Assembly (NCBI GenBank): GCA_047601445.1 | Contig: JASGJH010000001.1 | Location: 4,736,001-4,800,000 of the forward strand | Length of the DNA stretch: 64,000 bases | From: Myxococcales bacterium | Lineage (GTDB): Bacteria > Myxococcota_A > Polyangia > Polyangiales > DASUME01 | Direction of reading: 5' to 3' | Shown here: in pieces, positions 1-10,259 of the stretch | Layout of the letters: every line of letters starts with the position of its first letter | Numbering within the stretch: position 1 is the stretch's first letter | Position numbers and translations under genes: made by a program | The notes under the pieces: generated by a model | Told to the model about the DNA's origin: nothing | The model's input: the letters and a program-made list of their open reading frames with translations, nothing else | Databases searched by the model: none

Positions 1-773
1 TCGCCAACGCGCGCCTGTGCGTGAGCGGCGCCGCGCCCATCGCACGGGAGATCCTGGAGTTCTTCGCCTCGCTCGACATCGTGATCCACGAGGTCTACGG
101 GCAGAGCGAAGTCACGGGCCCCACCAGCTTCAACCAGCCAGGCCGCACGCGCTTCGGCAGCGTGGGCACGCGCATCCCCGGCCTCGAGGTGCGCATCGCC
201 AACGACGGCGAGATCCTGGTCAAGGGGCCCAGCGTGTTCATGGGCTACTTCAAGGATCCGGCGACCACGCGTGAGGTCCTGATCGACGGTGTGCTGCACT
301 CGGGCGATCTCGGAGAGGTCGACGCAGACGGCTTCTTGACCATCACTGGCCGCAAGAAGGACATCATCATCACCGCAGGCGGCAAGAACATCGCGCCCAA
401 GAACATCGAGGCAGCGCTCAAGCAGGACGAGTTGATCAGTGAGGCCGTAGTGATCGGCGATCGGCGCAAGTTCCTGACGGCCATCATGACCATCGATCCC
501 GAGGTGGCCAAGCAGCGCGGTGTCCATGACGACCGGCTCCACGAGAACGCGCGCATCCGTGAACTCGTGCAGCAGCGCGTGGACGTCGTGAATCGTGATC
601 TGGCGCGCGTGGAACAAATCAAACGCTTCAAGGTGCTGCCCCGGGCCTTCGGCATCGACTCCGGAGAGCTCACGCCTACGCTCAAGGTAAAGCGCAACAA
701 GGTGCACGAAATCTGGGCTCGCGAGATCGACTCCATGTACACGGAGGAAGCGGCGAGCTCGGCAGATAGCTGA
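1..773 (+). CDS. Long-chain fatty acid--CoA ligase (AMP-binding), 5'-truncated by window edge
   Basis: Frame open from position 3; motifs SGAAP, EVYGQSE, GEILVKGPSVFMGY, LHSGDLG, ITGRKKDIIITAGGKNIAP, ELTPTLKVKR. Confidence 0.93.
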   Translation, partial: ANARLCVSGAAPIAREILEFFASLDIVIHEVYGQSEVTGPTSFNQPGRTRFGSVGTRIPGLEVRIANDGEILVKGPSVFMGYFKDPATTREVLIDGVLHSGDLGEVDADGFLTITGRKKDIIITAGGKNIAPKNIEAALKQDELISEAVVIGDRRKFLTAIMTIDPEVAKQRGVHDDRLHENARIRELVQQRVDVVNRDLARVEQIKRFKVLPRAFGIDSGELTPTLKVKRNKVHEIWAREIDSMYTEEAASSADS

Positions 774-825
774 GTTTTTCCAGACGTTCTCGGGAGCGCG
801 GTGCCGCGCGCGGCCGGCTATCGGG

Positions 826-1911
826 GTGAAGCAGGGCCAGAGCCTTCCGCCGGGCTTGCCGGCGCCGACGCGCTCGTCACAAGATGAGCGCCCTATGCCT
901 GGCTTCACGCCGACCATCTACGCGATCCCGGAGGGCGGCGACGTCGTCGCCTGGTGCAGCGCCGAGAGCTGTATGGATCCAGCCGGGAAGTTGGCACTCA
1001 TCGACCAGAGCACCGGCACGCCGGTGCCCGGTGAAGTCGTGCGCAACGAGGGGACCGCCCAGGGGAAGTTGTTCGTGTTCCGCCCCGCCACGCCCCTGGC
1101 CGAGGGCATGCGGATAGGCGCGACGTACCAGACCGCCGATCTCAGCGAATGGCTGCAAGACTACGAGGTCCAGCGCACGCAGGCCGAATCGGTGCCGTCG
1201 TCCCAACCTTCGCTGCAGATCACCGAAAACGTCGTGCCGACGGGCCAAGCGTTCTGCTGCACACAACGGTTGTGCGACGAGTGCGTACCTCCTTGCATCA
1301 CCGAACGCGAAGCCGTTCGGGCGCAGGTGTCGCTCGGTCTGCCGGAGGCGACTGCCGCGGATTCCCAGTGGCTGTACCAGGCGACCTTCAGCGGCGAGGG
1401 AGGTGCCGCCATCGTGAGCGACTACTTTCCCTGGCAGGGCTCCGCGCAAGCAATTTTCGACGTGCAGAGCGCGCGCTACTGCTACTCGCTTTGGGCCGAG
1501 TCGGTCCAAGACGGTCAGCGCGTCCTCGTGGCAGAGGAATGCGTTTCCAGCGACGTCCGAGTCGCTCAACGCGACGTGACCGAGGACGCCAAGCGTGAGC
1601 TGCTGCTCGGGTGTCCACAGCCGATCGCCGGCTTCGAGGCCGAGTGGTGCGAGAGCTTTCAGCACGAATGTGCCTCGTCTAGTCCGCCGAGCGAACGCGT
1701 GTGCAACTCCATTCGGCATACCTGCCAGGACGACGCGGGGGCCGGGAGCACGCCGCCGGACGCCGGCGCGGACACCGAGGTTCACCAAGGAGATCACTCG
1801 CTGTGCAGCGCGGGGCACGGGCGCACGAGCCATTTGATGTGGCTGATGGCACTGCTGGTTTCCCTGACCCGTTGCATGCGCTTGGAACGGCCAAGAAAGG
1901 CTCGCCCATGA
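826..1911 (+). CDS. Cys-rich surface protein with MYXO-CTERM-like tail (paralog 1); start uncertain (826 or 895)
   Basis: C-terminal DAG linker, SLCSA, hydrophobic helix and basic tail; co-linear similarity to the next gene. Confidence 0.7.
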   Translation: MKQGQSLPPGLPAPTRSSQDERPMPGFTPTIYAIPEGGDVVAWCSAESCMDPAGKLALIDQSTGTPVPGEVVRNEGTAQGKLFVFRPATPLAEGMRIGATYQTADLSEWLQDYEVQRTQAESVPSSQPSLQITENVVPTGQAFCCTQRLCDECVPPCITEREAVRAQVSLGLPEATAADSQWLYQATFSGEGGAAIVSDYFPWQGSAQAIFDVQSARYCYSLWAESVQDGQRVLVAEECVSSDVRVAQRDVTEDAKRELLLGCPQPIAGFEAEWCESFQHECASSSPPSERVCNSIRHTCQDDAGAGSTPPDAGADTEVHQGDHSLCSAGHGRTSHLMWLMALLVSLTRCMRLERPRKARP

Positions 1912-2951
1912 ACCCCGCAGAAGCTGCCATCCTGTGTCTGACCAAGATCGCCTTCATGACCACGCAGGGAGATATCCCCGCAGGCGGAGACGTGGTGCTG
2001 CAGTGCCCCGAGGCAAACTGTGACAACTCGCTGCCTTCGCTCGACTTCATCGATGCCGCGACGCAGCTCCCGATCGCCGGCACCGTAATCCAAAAAGGGA
2101 GCAATCCCTGGGGGAATGGTTGGGCCGTTTTTCGCCCTGCCCAGCCGCTCGAGGTAGGCCAAAGGGTCATGGTCAATGGCGCCTTGGTCTTGGCGGTCTT
2201 TCAGGTAGTGGAAGCCTCGGCCTTCGACCCCACGCAGGTCCTGGCCTCCGCCGGCCTCGAGTACGACTCCACTCCGAGCGCCGACATGGCCTGCTGCGAG
2301 AACGCCAACTCTGGCTGCGGTTCCTTCGAGACCTGCGTGTCGAGAAACGAAACGACCAGCGCTGGCCTACGGATCGCGCTGCTGAATCCCACTGCCGCAG
2401 CCACGCAATACCTGTACGAGGTCACCTTCCAGGCCGAAGGCGCGGAGCCCGTGACCAGCGATCCATTCCCCTGGTTCGATAGTACCTTCCACTCGTTCAG
2501 CACGTTCGGGGGCGAGTATTGCTACACGCTCACTGCGCGCTCGCTCGCCGACGGCACGCGCGTGGACCTCGCGCAGGACTGCTTGGCCGCCAGCGTGCCG
2601 CTCGGGGAGCACGAGACCGACGACGCGAAGCTGCAGTCCAGCTTGCGGACCTGCAACGATCCTCCGACCGGCTGGGAGGAAGACTGGTGCGAAGCCTGGC
2701 GTCCCAGCTGTGAACAGGGTGCCGCTCTGTGCCCGAGCTCGCGGGCAGACACGTGCGACTGGGATTTGCCGGTCGACCGAGACGCGGGCATGGAAGGCGA
2801 TTTGGTCATCGTGCACAAGGGTGACGGCTCCTTGTGCAGCGTGAGCACGCGCGCTTCCGGCACTCCACGCTGGTCGTTGTTGTGGCTCGTGTGTTTGTCA
2901 GCCTGCGGCTTGAGTCGTGGGCATCGACGGCGAGTCCCCGTCCGTCGGTAG
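1908..2951 (+). CDS. Cys-rich surface protein with MYXO-CTERM-like tail (paralog 2)
   Basis: ATGA overlap with the upstream stop; shares IPxGGDVV, FRPAxPL, FPW, YCYxL and GDxSLCS motifs; hydrophobic helix then HRRR. Confidence 0.75.
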   Translation: MNPAEAAILCLTKIAFMTTQGDIPAGGDVVLQCPEANCDNSLPSLDFIDAATQLPIAGTVIQKGSNPWGNGWAVFRPAQPLEVGQRVMVNGALVLAVFQVVEASAFDPTQVLASAGLEYDSTPSADMACCENANSGCGSFETCVSRNETTSAGLRIALLNPTAAATQYLYEVTFQAEGAEPVTSDPFPWFDSTFHSFSTFGGEYCYTLTARSLADGTRVDLAQDCLAASVPLGEHETDDAKLQSSLRTCNDPPTGWEEDWCEAWRPSCEQGAALCPSSRADTCDWDLPVDRDAGMEGDLVIVHKGDGSLCSVSTRASGTPRWSLLWLVCLSACGLSRGHRRRVPVRR

Positions 2952-3644
2952 CTCAGCAGGCAGCTGGTGCAGCACCATGATCTTTTGCCAGATCTTGTGC
3001 GACAGGCTGCTCGTGAGGTCCTCCACCTGATCCACCGCGCTCAAGGCCACCGCGTCGCTGGTGTACTGTGCGTAGAGGGCGCCGACTTTGCCGATCAGCG
3101 CCAACATCTCGGTGCAGTAGTCGAGGTAGCGGCCCAGCTGAAAGCGGCTCAGATTCCGCTCCGGGGACGACTTGGTTCGTGCGCCGCTCAGCAGGTGGTC
3201 GGGATCCTTGGTGAGCTGATGCATGTCGATGATGTGGGCCAACGCGCGCAGCTCGTGGAGCGCCGCGAGCACCCGCTTGCGCTTGAGGCGATCTTCGAGG
3301 CCGATCAAAAAGAAGATACCGACGCCCAGGAACACCAGGTCGTTCACCGCCGCCTCGACGGTCTGGATGAGCTCGGCCGTGCTCTGAAAATGCAGCGGCA
3401 CCGGCAAGGCCGACAGTCCCGTAAAGAGCCCTGCCAAGATCAACAACGAGAGCAGCGCCACACCGGCCCGCAGCAAGAGCAACGGACGCGCCGAGGCCAC
3501 CGCGCGGTCGGCTGCATGGGAGGCGATCTCGTGCAGCTCAGCGGCCACCCGGGATAGGCCGGATTCCGGAAACCGCTCGAGAATGCGGTCCCGCAGCTTC
3601 TCCACGGTTCGGACCACGGCTCCGGGCTCCACGCTGCGATACAC
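2898..3644 (-). CDS. Conserved hypothetical membrane protein (2 TM)
   Basis: Two hydrophobic helices; ordinary globular composition; motifs ERFPESGL, HIIDMHQLTKDP, RYLDYCTEML, KIWQKI. Confidence 0.7.
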   Translation of the reverse strand: MYRSVEPGAVVRTVEKLRDRILERFPESGLSRVAAELHEIASHAADRAVASARPLLLLRAGVALLSLLILAGLFTGLSALPVPLHFQSTAELIQTVEAAVNDLVFLGVGIFFLIGLEDRLKRKRVLAALHELRALAHIIDMHQLTKDPDHLLSGARTKSSPERNLSRFQLGRYLDYCTEMLALIGKVGALYAQYTSDAVALSAVDQVEDLTSSLSHKIWQKIMVLHQLPAELPTDGDSPSMPTTQAAG

Positions 3645-3760
3645 GCTCGGTAATTACTCCGGCGCCCCCTCCCGATGCACGCTTTTCGCGAGCTTCCTCC
3701 GGAACCGGACGCCGCGTGCCTCCTTGACATACGTGAACACCAAGTTCACTTTTTCACCCC

Positions 3761-4375
3761 GTGGCCCAGGTCCTCAAAGAGGAAGTGGAACAGCGAATCC
3801 GTCAGGCGGCGCTGCGCGTCTTCGCCGAGCGGGGCTTCATCCACGCCGGCGTGGCTGACATCGCGCGAGAGGCGCGGGTCTCTAGCGGCAACGTGTACCG
3901 CTACTTCGAGAGCAAAGAGGTGCTGTTCGAGGCCGTGGTGCCACGCACGCTGTCTACCAAACTGCTGCGCTTGCTCGGGCGCCGAGTCCGCGCGCTCTCG
4001 GGCGTGCGCGACGTGGGCCACCTGCCCGGCTCGGCGTTCTTCAGCGCGGCCGAACAGCTGGTGGAGTTCTCGCTGGCGCACCGGTTGGAGACTGTGATCT
4101 TACTGTCGCGTACGGCCGGCACACCGCTCGAGGGCTTCGACGAAAAGCTGGTGCGCTTCCTGGAAAAGCTGGCGGTGGCGCACTTTCGTAAGCTCGACCC
4201 TAGCTACTTGTCCGATCCCGGTAGCCAAATCGTGTTGCGTATCGCCTACGAGAACATGGTGCGAGCCATGGCCACGATCCTCGAGCGCTCCGGCGACGAG
4301 AGTGAAATCCGAGCGTCTGTAAAGGCTTACTCGCGGTACCACCTGGCGGGTCTGAAGCAGCTGTTCGGAGCCTGA
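3761..4375 (+). CDS. TetR/AcrR family transcriptional regulator
   Basis: N-terminal HTH IRQAALRVFAERGF..VADIAREARVSSGNVYRYFESKEVLF. Confidence 0.92.
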   Translation: MAQVLKEEVEQRIRQAALRVFAERGFIHAGVADIAREARVSSGNVYRYFESKEVLFEAVVPRTLSTKLLRLLGRRVRALSGVRDVGHLPGSAFFSAAEQLVEFSLAHRLETVILLSRTAGTPLEGFDEKLVRFLEKLAVAHFRKLDPSYLSDPGSQIVLRIAYENMVRAMATILERSGDESEIRASVKAYSRYHLAGLKQLFGA

Positions 4376-4454
4376 GTTCCAATGGCGACGCGCCGTTAGC
4401 TCAGCTCACGGTCGTCTCGGTCACGGAAAAGGTCTCGCTATCCGCTTCCGCGCC

Positions 4455-5126
4455 ATGGCATGGTGCCCTCGGAGGCCAGCTCTGAAGCTCTCTCGCCAAA
4501 GTCTGCTTCGCCACGCGTGTTCACTGAGCCTCGCGCTCGTGAGCCTCGGCTGCGGCAATGACGAATCGAAAGGGCCGATCGACGCGGGGAGCACCAAGGA
4601 TCCGCACGACGGTGAGGACAGCTCCGTCGGCGATGGCGATGGCGACGGAGATGGAGATGGAGATGGCGACGGGGACATCGCCAACTCCAGCGACGCCGGG
4701 ACTTCGAATGCCTCCTGCACCAAGGACTCCCACGAGCCGGACAACACCGTCGAACAGGCGGGCGCCAAGCAACCCATCAACGGCATTCGGCCCATCGAGA
4801 TCACGGGCCGCACGGCGTGCGCAGAGGACACCGATTTGATCTGGGCCGGCCCCGTCGACAGTGGCGGCAAGGCCGGCGCAGTGCTCACCTGGGACGCGGC
4901 CGACGGCGCCCTCGAGCTGTCGCTGCTCGATGCAGACGGCGAGCCCATCGTGGATTTAGACGTCTCCACCAAGAAGGCGGGCACCAGCGAAGCGACCGTC
5001 AACGAGTTCTACGGCGCCTCGATGCCCGATTCGAGTGACAACTACTTCTACGTGCGCGTGCACAACCCGGGCAAAAAGAGCGTGTCTTATTCGCTCAAAG
5101 TCACGGCGCAGGTCTTCGGGCCGTAG
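4455..5126 (+). CDS. Lipoprotein with (GD)n linker and beta-rich C-terminal domain (PPC-like)
   Basis: Lipobox SLGC, GDGDGDGD repeat, DSHEPDNT motif, YFYVRV...YSLKV. Confidence 0.7.
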   Translation: MAWCPRRPALKLSRQSLLRHACSLSLALVSLGCGNDESKGPIDAGSTKDPHDGEDSSVGDGDGDGDGDGDGDGDIANSSDAGTSNASCTKDSHEPDNTVEQAGAKQPINGIRPIEITGRTACAEDTDLIWAGPVDSGGKAGAVLTWDAADGALELSLLDADGEPIVDLDVSTKKAGTSEATVNEFYGASMPDSSDNYFYVRVHNPGKKSVSYSLKVTAQVFGP

Positions 5127-5248
5127 GGGGCGTCCCTTTCGTGCTCGGCCCGACCTTCAGGTCGAGCCGGCGGGCGCGCTCGCGATGCGACGGAAATCCG
5201 CGCGCTGACACGCACCGGAATTAGGCCCCCCTAGAGCGCAGCTCGGCC

Positions 5249-5941
5249 TCAGACACCCTGTTTGTCGGCGCCCCAGATGTACTTGTGGAGCTGCAGGTTC
5301 ACGCGCACGGCTAGCTTGTCCTCGAGCACCCAAGCCACCAGCTCGCGTGGATCGAGCACGCCATGCACCGGTGAGAACAGCACCTGCCGTACGCGGCGCG
5401 CGAGCTGCTCGCGTTCGACCACCGCCCGCGCCCACTCGTAGTCGGCACGGTCGCGCAGCACCAGCTTGACCTCGTCGCGGCCGGTGAGGTGCGGCAGGTT
5501 CTCCCAGCGATTGCGCGCAGACTCGCCGCTGCCCGGGGCCTTCAGATCGACGATGCGATGAACCCTCGGATCGATCGCGGAGACGTCGCGCTCCCCGCTG
5601 GTCTCGATCAAGACCGTCTTGCCCGCATCGCACAGCTCCTTGAGCAGCGGGATGGTGCCTGCCTGGAGCAGTGGCTCGCCGCCGGTGAGCTCGACCAAGG
5701 GGGTGTCGAAGGCGAGCGCCTGGGCGAGCACCTCCGAGCGCGCGAGCTTCTTGCCACCGTGGAAGGCCTGCGGTGTGTCGCACCAGCTGCAGCGTAGATT
5801 GCAGCCGGTGGTGCGCACGAAGGTGCAGGGCAGCCCCGCGAAGCTCGATTCGCCCTGAATCGACGCGTAAATCTCGTGGATGACCAGCACATCGTCGCGC
5901 ATTTCGGGCTCAAGCGTAGTGGCGCGGGGCGCTTCTGCCAC
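5249..5941 (-). CDS. queE: 7-carboxy-7-deazaguanine synthase (radical SAM)
   Basis: EIYASIQGE, FVRTTGCNLRCSWCDT (CxxxCxxC), LTGGEPLLQ, QLHKYIW. Confidence 0.92.
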   Translation of the reverse strand: MAEAPRATTLEPEMRDDVLVIHEIYASIQGESSFAGLPCTFVRTTGCNLRCSWCDTPQAFHGGKKLARSEVLAQALAFDTPLVELTGGEPLLQAGTIPLLKELCDAGKTVLIETSGERDVSAIDPRVHRIVDLKAPGSGESARNRWENLPHLTGRDEVKLVLRDRADYEWARAVVEREQLARRVRQVLFSPVHGVLDPRELVAWVLEDKLAVRVNLQLHKYIWGADKQGV

Positions 5942-6034
5942 GCGGGCGTCGGAAGCGAGGCGGGGGCTTGAAAGATGTCAGCAGCGGAAGCATTTAGGAC
6001 AGAACCTGTCCTCATTAGAAGCTAGGCTCTCGCC

Positions 6035-6442
6035 ATGACCAAGACCTACCAAGGCAGCTGCCACTGCAAGCGCATCAAGTTCCAGGTCGAGCTGGACCTC
6101 TCCCAGGGCACCGGCAAGTGCAACTGCACCAGCTGCTGGAAGAAGCGCTGGTGGAGCGTGCGCGCCAAACCCGAAGGTTTCCGCTCCCTGCAGGGCGAGA
6201 CGGAGCTCACCGGTTACAAGCCGGGTCAGGCCACGGGCCACCGCGGTTTCTGCAAGCACTGCGGCGTCATCCCCTACAACTGGGTGGACGCTGCCGAGTG
6301 GAACGACGGCGCCTATGTCTCAGTCAACGTGGCCGCACTCGACGATTTGGATCCGGCCGAGCTGTTGGCTGCCCCGGTGCAGTACTTCGACGGGCTGCAC
6401 GACAACTGGTGGAACCCGCCGGCAGAGACGCGCCACCTCTGA
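6035..6442 (+). CDS. GFA family (glutathione-dependent formaldehyde-activating/CENP-V) protein
   Basis: GSCHC, CNCTSC and FCKHCG zinc-binding motifs. Confidence 0.9.
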   Translation: MTKTYQGSCHCKRIKFQVELDLSQGTGKCNCTSCWKKRWWSVRAKPEGFRSLQGETELTGYKPGQATGHRGFCKHCGVIPYNWVDAAEWNDGAYVSVNVAALDDLDPAELLAAPVQYFDGLHDNWWNPPAETRHL

Positions 6443-6472
6443 CGCGCACGTTCGACGCGCACTCCTCACCCG

Positions 6473-7675
6473 TCATGTCTGACGTCGTGGGCGCTGCGCG
6501 GGCCGTCGCCTCGTCCACCACCACAGCGCCAAGATTCCACTCGCGAACAGGCCGCGGAGCTGCGAGGCGACCGGGTTGCGGCCTGCGGCACTGGCGGGCC
6601 GCACCGAGCAAGCCTCGACGTGCTGCACCGTGATGCCATCCGGCAGGCCGCCGTCGCTGCCCGCGTCGGAGAACCCAGCATCGGGCCCGGGGGGTGGGGG
6701 CGTCGGTGGGGGCGGCAGGGCACAGAAGCCGAGCGCGCAGAGCTGTCCGGCCTGACACTCGTGGGCTTCGTGACAGGCCTCACCGAGTGCGGCACAGGCG
6801 AGGTCGATTCGACCATCGCAGTCGTTGTCGGCCCCGTCGCAGAGCTCGGGTCCCTCCACCACGCAGTCTCCCGCGGCCGCGACGGTGGACACGATGAACG
6901 CACGGTGCTCGTCCACCCGCTGGAAGAAGCTCGGTCCCCCCGGGCAGCCGATGCCATTGCCAACGCTGACGGTGCCCACCAATTTGTCGTGGATATCCAG
7001 CAAGGGCCCGCCGGAATCGCCCTGGCACACGGTCCCATCCACCAGGATGGAGTGCTCGGATACCTCGGTGATCACGGTGTCGGCGCGATAGCGCGTGCTG
7101 GACTCGCCATCGGGGGTGAGGCCGTAGCCGATGGCGAGCGCGCTCTGCCCCACGAGCGCGCTGCTTGCGGGCGCGAACTCGATGAAGCGCGCCGGCACGC
7201 CGGCAGGCTGCTCCAGGATCAAAATCGCCAGGTCCGATCCGAGCAGGGTTTTGGCGTCGGACGCCGAATAGGTGCCCGGCACCGGATGCACCGACTCCAC
7301 GCTGACCCAACGCAGGCCTGCCCCGAAGTTGGCGCTACGTCCGATGCCGATACGCAGGCTCTGGGCGTCGAGTGGAGTGTCTGTATCCGGCCGCTGCACG
7401 CAGTGTTTGGCGGTCAACACGGCACGCTCCGCAATCACGGTGCCGGAGCACACGGCGTTGTTCTGGCCAGAGACCAGCACCACGTCATCGAAGCCGATGG
7501 CCGGCGTGCCGTCGATGATGGGGAAGTCCTTGATTTCGAGCTCGGACTGGGCTGTCTCCCCACACCCGCCGAGCAGCGCGACCAGCGCGCTTGCTCCCCA
7601 TGCCTTGCGTTTCACGCATCCCATTGGTACCGCCTGGACGAGGTCCAGATCAACTCCGCTGGTTGGCTCGCACAC
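6473..7675 (-). CDS. Trypsin-like S1 serine protease, lipoprotein with MYXO-CTERM-like tail (start probably ~7624)
   Basis: LGGC lipobox, IIDG, CSGTVI, LTAKHC (His), SDLAIL (Asp), CQGDSGGPL (Ser), ELCDGADNDCDG repeat, CSV..TM..RRR tail. Confidence 0.88.
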   Translation of the reverse strand: MCEPTSGVDLDLVQAVPMGCVKRKAWGASALVALLGGCGETAQSELEIKDFPIIDGTPAIGFDDVVLVSGQNNAVCSGTVIAERAVLTAKHCVQRPDTDTPLDAQSLRIGIGRSANFGAGLRWVSVESVHPVPGTYSASDAKTLLGSDLAILILEQPAGVPARFIEFAPASSALVGQSALAIGYGLTPDGESSTRYRADTVITEVSEHSILVDGTVCQGDSGGPLLDIHDKLVGTVSVGNGIGCPGGPSFFQRVDEHRAFIVSTVAAAGDCVVEGPELCDGADNDCDGRIDLACAALGEACHEAHECQAGQLCALGFCALPPPPTPPPPGPDAGFSDAGSDGGLPDGITVQHVEACSVRPASAAGRNPVASQLRGLFASGILALWWWTRRRPAQRPRRQT

Positions 7676-7682
7676 GCTCGAC

Positions 7683-10259
7683 CTACGGGCGTGGCTTGCG
7701 CTGGGGGGGCTCCGCGGTGCGGGGGTCCTCGGGCCAGCTATGGCGAGGGTAGCGGCGCATCAGCTCCTTGCGGATCTGGGCGTAGTGCCTGTCCCAGAAG
7801 CCCTTGAGGTCGGTGCTCACTTGGACCGGGCGCTGGTTGGGCGCGAGCAGGTGCAGCACCAGGGGTACCTGGCCGTTGGCCAGGCGCGGACCATCGAGCA
7901 TGCCGAAAAAGTCCTGGAGTCTCGACTCCACCCAGGGAGGGCGATCGATCTCGTAGTGGATCACCAGTTCACGCCCAGACGGTAGACGCACGCGCGCCGG
8001 CGCCAGGCGCTCGAGCCGAGCGCGTAGGCTGTCCGAGACGAGCTGCGGCAAGGCGTGCTCGAAGGGATCTGCACGCAGATCCGCAAAGCTGTTCTTGTCG
8101 GCGCAGTGCTGCACCAGCTTGACCTTGAGCAGGTCCTCATCGATCACCGGGATGCTCGGGTCGTAGGTATGGGCAAAGCGTGTGCGACGCTGGAGGCTCT
8201 CCACGGCGTCCACGTCCCAGGGCGCAGCGGCCCCGCGCGCCAGCGCAGCCTCTGCCAGCGCGAGACTCGCATCCGGACTCGGCTCCGCAGCCCGCCGGGA
8301 CTCGTCGAGCGTGAGCCCGTCGTAGAGCATGGCGACGCTGACCTCGACGCGCTCGTTGCGTGCGTCGAAGGACGCCTTGCGCTCCTCGCGGACGCGCTCC
8401 GGAAAATACTCGAGCAACCACTCGGGCTCGATGGCGCTCGCCGTGCGCACGCTGGCGCCACCCCTGCCGCGCTCGTCCGCTTCCACGGCCACCAGGAACT
8501 CCGCCTCTTTCACCACACTCCCCTCGGCCAGGCTGGCCGATCCGCCGCCCGAGAGCACCACGTCGGGCTTGCTCGGGTGACGCCGCTTGGCGACGCGGTC
8601 GCCGAAGGCGAGCAGGGTGGCCACGCGCACCGCTTGCTCGAAGGGCTCTTCGATGGAGCGCTCCACGGCACGCAGTCGCTGCGCGAGCTGATCACGCATG
8701 CGCGCCACCGAGCGCACGGCCTGGGCGTCGAGTTCGTGGCGGCGCGCGTTTTGAGCCGAGTGGTCGTCACCCAGGGCGTCGAAGGCCTCGAAGCGAGCCA
8801 GCACGTCGCTCTCGCCCACCTCGTCATGACGGCGGCCGCCGCGCGAAAACGACGTGCGCTGGGCGATCCGAATTTCGCGCTCCGCCACGAGCGCTGCCAG
8901 GCTGGCGCCTTCATGAGGGTAGCCGCGCTCCGCCATCGCGATCGCCAGGCGGCTCAAGCGCGGGTGCACGGGCATGCGCAGAAGCGTGCGCCCGAGCTCC
9001 GAGAGTGCTCCGCCGGGCGCGAGCGCACCCAGGCGCGCGAGCAGGTCGCGCGCGGCGTCGCGGGCCGCGCGTGGAGGTGAGTCGAGCCAGGCCAGCTCGT
9101 CACTCTCGCCCGCCAGCAACGCGTGTAACGTGAGCTCGGTCTCCGTCAGGTCGCTCTTGCTGATGTCGGGCGCGTCGAAGCGCGGGCGCCCGTCGAAGTC
9201 GCTCTTGGTGTAGAGACGTAGGCAGCTGCCCTCGCGCACGCGCCCGGCGCGCCCGGCGCGCTGGATGGCCGACGCTTGACTGACCTTCGCGGTGCCGAGA
9301 GTCGGCAAGCCCGACCACGGTGAGTGGCCGGCTACGCGCGCCAGGCCCGAGTCGATCACCGCACTGACTCCCTCGAGCGTGAGGCTGGTCTCGGCGATGT
9401 TGGTGGAGAGCACGAGCTTGGGCTGGCTGCCTCGTCGCACGGCGCGGTCCTGCTCGCTCGCCGGCAAGTCTCCGTGCAGCGTGGCGATCTCGAGACCGAA
9501 GGTCTTGGCCAGCTCGCTGCAGCTCTCCTCTGCCCGCCGGATCTCGGCGGCGCCAGGCAAGAACACCAGCACGTCGCCGTCCCGCCCTGCCCCCGCCTGA
9601 CCGGCCGCGCGTCCGCTGCGCACGAGGAGCTTGCGCGCCGCGGCCTGCACCTGCTCCTCGAGCCGGCGCTCATCGGGTCGCTCGAGGTACTCCACGTGCA
9701 CTGGGAAAGTGCGGCCGGGCACGCGCAGCGTAGGCGCGTCGAGGAAGTCGGCCAGGCGCTCGGCGTCGAGCGTGGCGCTCATCACGATGATTCGCAGGTC
9801 GGGCCGCGTGGTGCGCTGCAGCCGCCTCAGCAGGGCGAGCCCGAGATCGGTGTGGAGCGAACGCTCGTGGAACTCGTCCAGGACCACGCAGCTGACCCGG
9901 CTCAGCGTGGGGTCGTCCACCAGCCGCCTTGTCAACAGTGCTTCCGTAAGGAAGATCACCCGGGTCTGATCGCTGACCACCCGCTCGAATCGCACCATGT
10001 ACCCCACGCGCTGGCCCACGTTCTCGCCGAGCTCGCTGGCCACGCGTACGGCCGACATGCGCGCCGCCAGACGCCTCGGCTCCAGCACGAGCACCTGCCC
10101 CCTGGAGAGAAAGCGCGCTTCGAGCAAGGCCGCGGGAACGCGCGTGGTCTTGCCGGCGCCGGGCTCGGCCACCAGCACCAGGTTCGGCGTGCGCTCGAGC
10201 GTCTCCACGATCTCGGGCAACGCGGCATCGATGGGCAACGACAGGCGCGGGGCGTTCAC
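7683..10259 (-). CDS. hrpB: ATP-dependent RNA helicase HrpB
   Basis: AEPGAGKTT, LEPRRLAA, DEFHERS, MSAT, TNIAETSLT, QRAGRAGR, LLAPNQRPVQ, RYPRHSWPEDP; GTG start inferred. Confidence 0.95.
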   Translation of the reverse strand: MNAPRLSLPIDAALPEIVETLERTPNLVLVAEPGAGKTTRVPAALLEARFLSRGQVLVLEPRRLAARMSAVRVASELGENVGQRVGYMVRFERVVSDQTRVIFLTEALLTRRLVDDPTLSRVSCVVLDEFHERSLHTDLGLALLRRLQRTTRPDLRIIVMSATLDAERLADFLDAPTLRVPGRTFPVHVEYLERPDERRLEEQVQAAARKLLVRSGRAAGQAGAGRDGDVLVFLPGAAEIRRAEESCSELAKTFGLEIATLHGDLPASEQDRAVRRGSQPKLVLSTNIAETSLTLEGVSAVIDSGLARVAGHSPWSGLPTLGTAKVSQASAIQRAGRAGRVREGSCLRLYTKSDFDGRPRFDAPDISKSDLTETELTLHALLAGESDELAWLDSPPRAARDAARDLLARLGALAPGGALSELGRTLLRMPVHPRLSRLAIAMAERGYPHEGASLAALVAEREIRIAQRTSFSRGGRRHDEVGESDVLARFEAFDALGDDHSAQNARRHELDAQAVRSVARMRDQLAQRLRAVERSIEEPFEQAVRVATLLAFGDRVAKRRHPSKPDVVLSGGGSASLAEGSVVKEAEFLVAVEADERGRGGASVRTASAIEPEWLLEYFPERVREERKASFDARNERVEVSVAMLYDGLTLDESRRAAEPSPDASLALAEAALARGAAAPWDVDAVESLQRRTRFAHTYDPSIPVIDEDLLKVKLVQHCADKNSFADLRADPFEHALPQLVSDSLRARLERLAPARVRLPSGRELVIHYEIDRPPWVESRLQDFFGMLDGPRLANGQVPLVLHLLAPNQRPVQVSTDLKGFWDRHYAQIRKELMRRYPRHSWPEDPRTAEPPQRKPRP

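Noticed and set aside
884..930. Possible frameshift giving paralog 1 an MSALCL start like the AILCL of paralog 2
   Set aside because: The similarity is only 3-4 residues and the spacing does not match; unsupported
4628..4677. Hexamer tandem repeat (GGCGAT/GGAGAT)
   Set aside because: It encodes an in-frame (GD)n linker with synonymous variation; not a phase-variable tract
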